This document shows, piece after piece, positions 1-6,857 of a stretch of DNA of 10,769 bases. The notes below the pieces were generated by a model. That model saw only the letters and a program-made list of their open reading frames with translations, was not told the DNA's origin and did no database searches. A program made the position numbers and the translations under genes. Within the stretch, counting starts at the first letter, position 1. Each line of letters starts with the position of its first letter. Source of the stretch: Armatimonadota bacterium (GTDB lineage Bacteria > Sysuimicrobiota > Sysuimicrobiia > Sysuimicrobiales > Humicultoraceae); the NCBI GenBank assembly GCA_052386995.1, contig JBQTJP010000004.1:1-10769 (forward strand), written 5' to 3'.

Positions 1-16
1 CTGCGAGATGCACTTC

Positions 17-46
17 ATTCTAGAGAGACATCGCCGAGGACGTCAA
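17..46 (-). promoter_or_regulatory. Candidate sigma70-type promoter firing leftward out of the window (divergent from the AI-2E gene)
   Basis: Minus strand reads TTGACG (46-41), 18 nt spacer, TAGAAT (22-17). Both hexamers are one mismatch from consensus and lie in a non-coding GC-rich region. Confidence 0.5.
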
Positions 47-149
47 GGCGTCGAGCAGAGGTACAGGGGATCGGTCTTTGGCGCCGAAAGCCCCTCCGGC
101 CGCCAGGGCAAGCACGTCGTGGCGAGCGTGAAGGCTCCCCACTCGGGAG

Positions 150-1214
150 GTGAGCAGGCTGGCCTCACGTTCTGAGTTGATCGTAACAACAACCGTCGTC
201 ATCCTGACGATCCTGGTCGTCCTCAGCATCGCCCGCGTGATCGTGATGGTGGGCGAGATCCTGCTGCTTGTGTTGATTGCCGCCATACTGTCGACCGGGC
301 TGAGCCCCGTCGTCGAGGCGTTCGAGCGCCGCACATGGACCAGGCGCCGGTGGCGCGTTCCCCGCACGGGCGCGATCATTCTGGTCTACGTGGGCCTCCT
401 CATTGTGCTGAGCCTGATCGGCAGCATCTTAATCACGCCGCTGGTCACGGAGTCCCGAGAGGTGCTCGAGCGGGCCCCCGAACTCTACAGGACCCTGCGC
501 GAGACGCTGGTGAGTCTGCAGCAGCGCTACGCCTGGCTGCCCGACCTGACCGCGATCCTGGATCGGCTCCCTCAGGAGGTCAGCCGGCTGGGCTCGTACG
601 TGGGCACGGCCACGGGCGTCGCGTTTCGCGTCTTCGGTGGCGTCGTATCGATAGTTACAGTGCTGATCCTCAGTTTCTACATGCTGCTGGAGGGGCCGGC
701 GATCAAAGAAGGGTTCATGGACCTGTTCCCGCGCAGACATCACCGCCAGGTCGAGACCGTCCTGCAGCACGTCGGCCAAAAGTTCGGGGGCTGGCTCCGC
801 GGCCAGCTCTTTCTCGGCCTGATCATCGGCCTGCTGGCGGGCCTGGGGACCTGGGCGCTGGGCCTGCCGTATCCGTTTCTGCTCGGGGTCGCCGCCGGGG
901 TCACCGAGCTCGTTCCGCTGATCGGACCGGTGCTGGGCGCGATTCCCGCCGTGCTCGTTGCGCTCTTCGGACCCACGTGGCGCCTGCTGGCGGTGATCGT
1001 GTTCTTCACGTTCATCCAACAGGCCGAGGGGAATTTCCTCGTGCCGCGGGTGATGAAGCAGGCTGTCGGCCTGTCACCGCTGCTGACGCTCGTGGCGATC
1101 ATGATCGGCGCCAACCTGATGGGGATCATCGGGGCGCTGCTGGCAGTGCCGATCGCGGCCGCGCTGCAGGTGATCGGCGGGGAGATCGTGCGGACGTTCA
1201 AACCGTCCGGGTAG
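150..1214 (+). CDS. AI-2E family transporter (PerM/TqsA/UPF0118)
   Basis: About 350 aa with multiple TM helices and family-typical motifs: AAILSTGLSPVV, LSFYMLLEG, WLRGQ, ELVPLIGP, IQQAEGNFLVPRVM, GLSPL...GIIGALLAVPIAA. The start is uncertain: GTG150 overlaps the SD, and CTG159 is an alternative. Confidence 0.93.
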   Translation: MSRLASRSELIVTTTVVILTILVVLSIARVIVMVGEILLLVLIAAILSTGLSPVVEAFERRTWTRRRWRVPRTGAIILVYVGLLIVLSLIGSILITPLVTESREVLERAPELYRTLRETLVSLQQRYAWLPDLTAILDRLPQEVSRLGSYVGTATGVAFRVFGGVVSIVTVLILSFYMLLEGPAIKEGFMDLFPRRHHRQVETVLQHVGQKFGGWLRGQLFLGLIIGLLAGLGTWALGLPYPFLLGVAAGVTELVPLIGPVLGAIPAVLVALFGPTWRLLAVIVFFTFIQQAEGNFLVPRVMKQAVGLSPLLTLVAIMIGANLMGIIGALLAVPIAAALQVIGGEIVRTFKPSG

Positions 1215-1240
1215 AAATCCCGCGGGGCGTCGTTGTGGAG

Positions 1241-2053
1241 CTAGTGGTCGTCGGCTTCGATCGTTGACAGCGCGAGGGAGAGGGCCGCGGTCAGAAAAGC
1301 CGTGGCCTCGTGCTCGCAGAGATCATTGAAACCGCGCTTCTCGAGAAATCCCCGCAGGGCCGGAACGAGCCGCGCAAGTTTGTGGGACGTGTACGAAAAC
1401 AAATCCCAGTAGGCTTCCTCGGCCGCGGGATGTCCCATGCCGGTGCGCTCGGTCAGTGAGAGGTACCGGCTGTGGAGGTCGCGGTATTGCGTGTCGTCCT
1501 CGTGCTCGGCGCGCAGGCGATCGATGAGACGGGTGACTTCGGGATTGTCCATGGCTTCCTGCGCCAGGAAGCTCATGTCCAGCAGCAATTCGGCCAGCTC
1601 TTCCTGTGGATGCCCAAGGTAGAGATCTTTCTTGTGGTTCTCGGCGCCGATCAGCCTGCGCAGCTCACGGCTGAACTCGTCGTCGGCCTTGGGCAAGCGC
1701 GGAGGGCGGGGCGTCGGTCCATTCGCACGCTCGCGGACGGTGATGCGATCAAGGAGATCGGCGCCGAATCGGTCGGTGAGAAACGCTTCAATCTGCGCGC
1801 GACCTCTGGGCTGGGAGTGCACCAGGGTGAGGACCTCGCCCTTGAAGGTCGCGTAGCGCCACCCCTCTTTAGCGAGGGCATCGAGCATCGACGCGATGCG
1901 CCCCAGCGCCGACCCGCCGGTGTGACTGCCGCGGTCCGCTTCTCGCCGCAGCGCCGCCGTCAACGCGCGGAGTGACCGGCCGCGGAACGGGAATGTCCGG
2001 GGACGGTCGAAGAGTTTGATCTCGATCTCGGCGATCGTGTTGGCTTTCGGCAT
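1241..2053 (-). CDS. Hypothetical protein (~270 aa, probably two domains with a Pro-rich linker)
   Basis: The long ORF fills the gap between the AI-2E stop and the MDR stop and has globular-protein-like composition. AAGGA (2066-2062) lies 8 nt before ATG2053, favouring it over ATG2062. No family recognised. Confidence 0.75.
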   Translation of the reverse strand: MPKANTIAEIEIKLFDRPRTFPFRGRSLRALTAALRREADRGSHTGGSALGRIASMLDALAKEGWRYATFKGEVLTLVHSQPRGRAQIEAFLTDRFGADLLDRITVRERANGPTPRPPRLPKADDEFSRELRRLIGAENHKKDLYLGHPQEELAELLLDMSFLAQEAMDNPEVTRLIDRLRAEHEDDTQYRDLHSRYLSLTERTGMGHPAAEEAYWDLFSYTSHKLARLVPALRGFLEKRGFNDLCEHEATAFLTAALSLALSTIEADDH

Positions 2054-2060
2054 TGAAGAC

Positions 2061-2095
2061 ATCCTTATCGTCTAGGATGATACCGGGATTGTCAA
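2061..2095 (-). promoter_or_regulatory. Candidate internal promoter and operator-like palindrome upstream of the hypothetical gene
   Basis: Perfect TTGACA (2095-2090) with GACGAT 17 nt downstream (2072-2067). Alternative -10 TATCAT (2082-2077). Imperfect inverted repeat TATCGTC-tag-GATGATA (2066-2082) flanked by ATCC/GGAT. Confidence 0.4.
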
Positions 2096-2119
2096 CCCGC
2101 GTACAGTCGATACAGAATT

Positions 2120-3169
2120 CTACGGCACCATGACGACCTTCCCGAAATGCTCCCGCGCCGCCATCAGGCGGTGCGCTTCGCGAATCTCGGCCAGCGGAAG
2201 CACCGCGTGAATAATCGGATCGATTGCCCCCGAGAAGATGGCGTGCATGACCGATCGCAAGTCGCCGACATTTCCCATCGGAGCCCCGATGATGCGGCGG
2301 TGACGCTGGTACACTTCGCGAATGTCAAACTCCGGCCGCTCGCCGCCGGAAGCCCCGCAGATCGTCATGCGTCCGCCCCGCCGCAGGCTGCGGATGACTT
2401 CCCGCCACGTCGGCGCGCCGACGGGATCGGCCGCCAGGTGCACGCCCGCGCCGTCGGTGGCCTCGAGCACACGCTCGCTGAAAGCGGGATGCGTGCGGTG
2501 ATCGATGGCAACGGCCCCCGCGGCCTCGGCCTTGCGCGCCTTTTCCGGCCCACCGACTACGGCGACGATGCGCCGAGCACCGGCCATCCGCGCGATCAAG
2601 ATCGCAGCGGTGCCAACCCCGCCGGATGCGCCGGTGACCAGCACGTCTTCGCCCGCGCGGAGTCCGCCCGCGGTCACGATCATTCGCCACGCCGTGCAGT
2701 ATGCTGCGGGCACGGCGGCTTTCTCGAACGCGACGCGATCGGGGACGCGCAGCAGGTTTTGTACCGGGGCGACAACGAACTCTGCGAGCCCGCCGGGCGT
2801 GTGCTCGCCAAAGATCTGATAGCGCAGGCACATCGTCTGCTCGCCGGCCAGGCAGAACTCGCACTGGCCACACGAGAGAATGGGATTCACAACTGCGCGA
2901 TCGCCCGGCGTCCAGCCATTCACCCCGGCGCCGAGCGCTTCGACCACGCCCGCCACATCGCCGCCGGTCGTCATTGGAAAAGCCCGTTCGCGCCAGGGAA
3001 ACACCGGTCGCCCTCCCGGCGGGCCCGAGCGCGCCCAGATGTCCATGTTGTTGAGGGCGCAGGCGCGAACACGCAGCAAGACCTCGCCCGCTCCGGGTGG
3101 GGGGGTTGGGACGTCCTCGAGATTCAGGACCTCAGGGCCGCCGTGCCGCCTGATGACGACGGCCTTCAT
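2120..3169 (-). CDS. Medium-chain dehydrogenase/reductase (MDR) family oxidoreductase, Zn-ADH-like/quinone-reductase-like
   Basis: MKAVVIRRHGGPEVL N-terminus, structural-Zn motif CGQCEFC-x7-C, Rossmann motif GASGGVG, C-terminal HFGKVVM. ATGA overlap with the upstream M28 stop (3166-3169). Confidence 0.93.
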   Translation of the reverse strand: MKAVVIRRHGGPEVLNLEDVPTPPPGAGEVLLRVRACALNNMDIWARSGPPGGRPVFPWRERAFPMTTGGDVAGVVEALGAGVNGWTPGDRAVVNPILSCGQCEFCLAGEQTMCLRYQIFGEHTPGGLAEFVVAPVQNLLRVPDRVAFEKAAVPAAYCTAWRMIVTAGGLRAGEDVLVTGASGGVGTAAILIARMAGARRIVAVVGGPEKARKAEAAGAVAIDHRTHPAFSERVLEATDGAGVHLAADPVGAPTWREVIRSLRRGGRMTICGASGGERPEFDIREVYQRHRRIIGAPMGNVGDLRSVMHAIFSGAIDPIIHAVLPLAEIREAHRLMAAREHFGKVVMVP

Positions 3170-4938
3170 TCAGCAAGCAGGGCGCGCGCATCGCGCAGCG
3201 CCGCGGCCACGCGGTTGCGCCCCCGCACGAGATGCGTCAGCGTGACGTGATAAACGTCGCTGCCGGGCTCGTGATTCTTCCACGTCTTCGTGGGCGCCAG
3301 ATCTGGAAGCGGGGGAACGTCTACGGCCGGATCGTGGCGAAAGCGTCCTGCGCGACTGTAGTTGATGCGGACCAGGATTCGTGACAAGCGGCGTAGTGTG
3401 TCGTTGGCGGCGCGCACGGAGGGATCAGATGCCGGCCGGCCCAGGAGCGCGGCCCGATCGAGATACCAGCGCTCGAGATCCGACCCGAGCGAACGGGCCT
3501 CGGCGATCTGCGCGCTGAGATCGAACTCGCCTTCGGTCGCGTCCTGATAGGCCTCCAGGGTGCGCCCGATCTCTTCGGCCAGCGCCGTGAAATCGAGGGG
3601 ATGCAGCGTCGCGTTCGCCGTGCGGTACGCCGCGACGACGTAGACCTTCATGTCACGCAGGAGATTGTCGCGGTCGGCGATCTCCAGCGTGTCGTCCTCT
3701 GTGTGCCAGGCGATGTTCGCACCGCATCCCCCAACAGGGTAGTACCCCTTTTCTTTCAGCAGCCGCTTGGGCATGGTAGACGACAGCATGTAGAATGTCG
3801 ACACGCCGATGTTGGAGAATGAGCAATCTCCCGCGCGCAGCGGCCGGCCGCCGGCGGCCTCCTGCCCCGTGACGTCGCGAATGACGGCCTTGCCGATCCC
3901 TTCGGCTTCACTCATCCAGAACACGTCTTCGTAGACCGTGGCCCAGCGGCAGCCGGGCGAGTCGCAGTTGATGTGAGCCGCGCAGTTCGCGTCGATGTCG
4001 AGTCCAAACGCGTCCGCATACCACACCGATCCGGCGTAGCGTCCCTGCGAGTGGCCCGGCCACCAGGCAATCCGGACGGTCCGCGCCAGGCGGTCGCGAT
4101 GTTTCCAGAGCACACGCGCCATCTCGAGCATGGTGGCGTCTCCGGTCGCGTTGTCGCCGATGCCCTGGTGCCAGCCGTCCACGTGCCCGTGCACCAAGAC
4201 GAACTCATCGGGCGCGACGTTGCCGGGAATCTCGGCAACGCAGATCGGGCAGGGCACCCAGCCCTCATCCAGTTTTGTTGACAGGCGACCGCGCACACGC
4301 CCCTGCTGGGCGAGCAATCGCAGCCATGCGCCTTCGGTCTTGTTCACCGACACAACAGGAATGGTCGGCTTGCGCTCCCACGAATCGAGATCCGGCGACC
4401 CCCAGATCGTCGTGCAGATGCCCTCATGGATACGCTCGCCCGGGCTGATGAAGATCGCCCCGATCGCGCCCTGTTTGATGAAGTCGGCCACCTTGCCGGG
4501 GGATGCATAGCCCTCGGTGAGGACGATCTTCCCACTGACGTCGACCCCGGTTGTGCCGGCGCCCTCGAACAACTCGCGGATGTCGGCCATCTGCTTGGTC
4601 CCCGCGTGGACAATCTCGCCCCACTTCCACCGGCCGCCGGTTGAGAGCGACATCGCCGGCGTCTTTGCGGTCAGCATCCGGCGCTCGGGAGTGAGCACTT
4701 CTAGCCGCGCCTTCCGCGGCACGCTGATCAGCAGCGCGGGCGTGTGGATCGTGTGGGGGACACCCAGTTTCTTCAGACGCTTGCTGAGATAGTCGAACGC
4801 CCGCCGCTCCTGCTTCGTGCCGGACTCGCGGACGAGGCCGGCGTAAGTGTCGACGAGCGCCCACGGCTCGTCCAGCGAGACCTCCTCCAGCAGGCGTTCC
4901 TCGTCGGTGGCGTTGCGCCACGTGCTGATCGCGGCCAT
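3166..4938 (-). CDS. M28 family metallopeptidase/amidohydrolase with PA domain and non-canonical active site
   Basis: HGHVDGW, GIGDNATG, HINCDSPG and WHTEDDT match the M28 Zn-ligand motifs. PA-like insert (DVSGKIVL...GAIGAIF...IPVVSV). Strong SD AAAGGAGG 6 nt before the ATG. No signal peptide. Confidence 0.88.
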   Translation of the reverse strand: MAAISTWRNATDEERLLEEVSLDEPWALVDTYAGLVRESGTKQERRAFDYLSKRLKKLGVPHTIHTPALLISVPRKARLEVLTPERRMLTAKTPAMSLSTGGRWKWGEIVHAGTKQMADIRELFEGAGTTGVDVSGKIVLTEGYASPGKVADFIKQGAIGAIFISPGERIHEGICTTIWGSPDLDSWERKPTIPVVSVNKTEGAWLRLLAQQGRVRGRLSTKLDEGWVPCPICVAEIPGNVAPDEFVLVHGHVDGWHQGIGDNATGDATMLEMARVLWKHRDRLARTVRIAWWPGHSQGRYAGSVWYADAFGLDIDANCAAHINCDSPGCRWATVYEDVFWMSEAEGIGKAVIRDVTGQEAAGGRPLRAGDCSFSNIGVSTFYMLSSTMPKRLLKEKGYYPVGGCGANIAWHTEDDTLEIADRDNLLRDMKVYVVAAYRTANATLHPLDFTALAEEIGRTLEAYQDATEGEFDLSAQIAEARSLGSDLERWYLDRAALLGRPASDPSVRAANDTLRRLSRILVRINYSRAGRFRHDPAVDVPPLPDLAPTKTWKNHEPGSDVYHVTLTHLVRGRNRVAAALRDARALLAE

Positions 4939-4976
4939 GGAAGGCCTCCTTTCAGGGAGTCAACTCCGTACGGGGA

Positions 4977-5891
4977 CTACAGCTTCAACCGTGGATCGAG
5001 CGCATCGCGCAGGCCATCGCCGAGGAAGTTGTATGCGAGGACGGTAGCCAGGATGAGCGCGCCGGGATAGAGCGCCAGATTCGGCGCAGACCAGATGTAG
5101 ATCTGGGCGTTCTGCAGCATGTTGCCCCACGACGGCAGCGGCGGTCGGATACCGAGGCCCAGGTACGAGATGGCCGACTCGGTCAGGATCGCGAACGCCA
5201 CGTTGAGCGTCGCTGCGACGATGATCGAGGGCATAACTTGAGGAAGGATGTGCCGCAGCATGATGCGCAGGTCGCTGCTCCCGATCGCGCGTGCGGCGTC
5301 CACGAACTCTGTCACCCTCCAGCGCAGATACTCACCGCGCACGACGCGCGCGACCGGCATCCACGCGGTCAGGCCGATGACGATCGTCGCGGTCGTTGGG
5401 CCACCGCCGAACACGGCCAGGGCGGCCATGATCACGAACAGGGTGGGAAGGGCCATCATCGCGTCGGTGAATCGCATCAGCACCACATCGACCCAGCGCC
5501 CAAAATATCCGCTGAGCGAACCAATGGAGACGCCGGCCACGACTGAGATCACCATGGCGATGGATCCGACGGCGAGCGAGACCCGCGAGCCCAGGACCAG
5601 CCGCGCCAATACGTCGCGACCGATCTCGTCTGTGCCGAGCGGGTGTATGAGGCTGCCGGTCCGGAGCGAGCCGATGGGATCGGTTGTGAACGGATCGATC
5701 GGCAAGAACCGAGGGCCGATGATGGCGACAAAGTGGATGAAGACGAGGAAGCCGAGGGCAACCAGCGCGGGCGGGTTGCGGCGCAGGCGGCGCGCGGCGA
5801 TACTCCAGAGGGTTCGGCTGTGCGCCGGCGCGGCCTGGACGACCGCCGGCGGGGCGAGGTCCATACCGGTTTCGCGCTGCACTTCAGCCAT
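4977..5891 (-). CDS. Peptide/nickel ABC transporter permease (OppC/DppC-like)
   Basis: HPLGTDEIGRDVLARL, EAA loop EFVDAARAIGSSDLRIMLRHILP, ESAISYLGLG, PSWG, NFLGDGLRDALDPR. 8-nt overlap with the upstream permease. Confidence 0.96.
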   Translation of the reverse strand: MAEVQRETGMDLAPPAVVQAAPAHSRTLWSIAARRLRRNPPALVALGFLVFIHFVAIIGPRFLPIDPFTTDPIGSLRTGSLIHPLGTDEIGRDVLARLVLGSRVSLAVGSIAMVISVVAGVSIGSLSGYFGRWVDVVLMRFTDAMMALPTLFVIMAALAVFGGGPTTATIVIGLTAWMPVARVVRGEYLRWRVTEFVDAARAIGSSDLRIMLRHILPQVMPSIIVAATLNVAFAILTESAISYLGLGIRPPLPSWGNMLQNAQIYIWSAPNLALYPGALILATVLAYNFLGDGLRDALDPRLKL

Positions 5892-6831
5892 AGGTGATGC
5901 GCGGATCCAGCCACCCGTAGGTCAGATCGACGATGAGATTCGCGACCACGACGACGATGGCCACGACCACGGTGATGGCCATAATCATAGGGTAATCGCG
6001 CCCGATGGTGGACGTCACGGCGAGTTGTCCCATCCCGGGCCAGCCGAAGATGGTCTCGGTGATGACCGCCCCGCCGACCAGGCGTGGGATCAACACCCCC
6101 AGCACCGTGACGACCGGGATCAGGGCGTTCCGAATGGCGTGGTGGGAGAGGACCCGGCTGCCTTTCAGGCCCTTCGCCCGCGCCGTCCTGACGTAGTCCT
6201 GCCCGATCTCCTCGATGAGCGCCGAGCGCATGAAGCGGACCAGGTTGGGCAGGGTGGCCGTCGCGAGCACGAGCGCGGGCAGGACCAGGTGCGACAGCCG
6301 GTCGGTTAGCGAGAACGCTCCCCCGGCCGTCGCTAGACCAGACGCCGGCAGCAGGTCCAGTCGCACGGAAAACAACAGGATGAGGAGGATCGCAAACCAG
6401 AACGCCGGGATCGAGACCCCGATGAAGCTGAAGAATGTTACCGCATGATCGGCAAGGGAGTACCTGCGGGTAGCAGATATGACACCCGCAGGGAGCCCTA
6501 TGAGGATGGAAAGGGCGAGCGCCGTGCCCCCGAGGAGAAGCGTAAGCGGCAACCGCTCCGCGATCACCTCGTTGACACGGCGTCTATCGCCAAACGATCG
6601 ACCGAAATCGGCCCGGAGAGCCGATGCCGTCCATTTCACGTACCGGACAAACAGCGGTTGATCGAGACCCAATTGCTGGCGGAGCGCCTCCCGCTGGTCC
6701 GGCGTCGACTCCATCGTCATCATGATGGCCGGCCCCCCTGGGGCCAGGTTGACCATCACGAACGTCAGGGTGGAGACGACAAAGAGCACCACCAGCGCCT
6801 GCATGGCGCGCTGGAGCAGATAACGCCCCAT
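5884..6831 (-). CDS. Peptide/nickel ABC transporter permease (OppB/DppB-like)
   Basis: LAPGGP, LGLDQPLFVRY, DFGRS, SIPAFW, HLVLP, DYVRTARAKGL, ETIFGWPGMG, RDYP, NLIVDLTYGWLDPRI. Confidence 0.96.
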   Translation of the reverse strand: MGRYLLQRAMQALVVLFVVSTLTFVMVNLAPGGPAIMMTMESTPDQREALRQQLGLDQPLFVRYVKWTASALRADFGRSFGDRRRVNEVIAERLPLTLLLGGTALALSILIGLPAGVISATRRYSLADHAVTFFSFIGVSIPAFWFAILLILLFSVRLDLLPASGLATAGGAFSLTDRLSHLVLPALVLATATLPNLVRFMRSALIEEIGQDYVRTARAKGLKGSRVLSHHAIRNALIPVVTVLGVLIPRLVGGAVITETIFGWPGMGQLAVTSTIGRDYPMIMAITVVVAIVVVVANLIVDLTYGWLDPRITYG

Positions 6832-6857
6832 CGATGTGCCCTACTTCACGATGCGCG

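Noticed and set aside
1..18. Minus-strand ATG (MKCISQ) as the start of a divergent gene
   Set aside because: Only six codons are visible, there is no SD, and the ATG overlaps the candidate -10 box.
20..145. Possible glycine or c-di-GMP-I riboswitch upstream of the AI-2E gene (GAGAGA..CGCCGA; GAAAGCCCCTCCGGCC)
   Set aside because: Only fragmentary resemblance. Core elements (CUCUCAGG; GGCAAAC/GGACGCAAA) are absent. An Infernal/Rfam scan would be decisive.
1215..1240. Bidirectional terminator between the convergent genes
   Set aside because: No convincing stem-loop with U-tract in the 26-nt gap.
335..1267. 310 aa alternate-frame plus-strand ORF and the nested minus-strand ORFs
   Set aside because: They overlap the AI-2E gene and are low-complexity Arg/Gly/Pro artefacts.
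2147..3250. 367 aa plus-strand ORF
   Set aside because: Antisense shadow of the MDR gene. Arg/His/Gly-biased with no motifs, as expected at high GC.
5248..6309. 353 aa plus-strand ORF
   Set aside because: Antisense to two clear permeases, with Thr/Pro/Arg-rich shadow composition.
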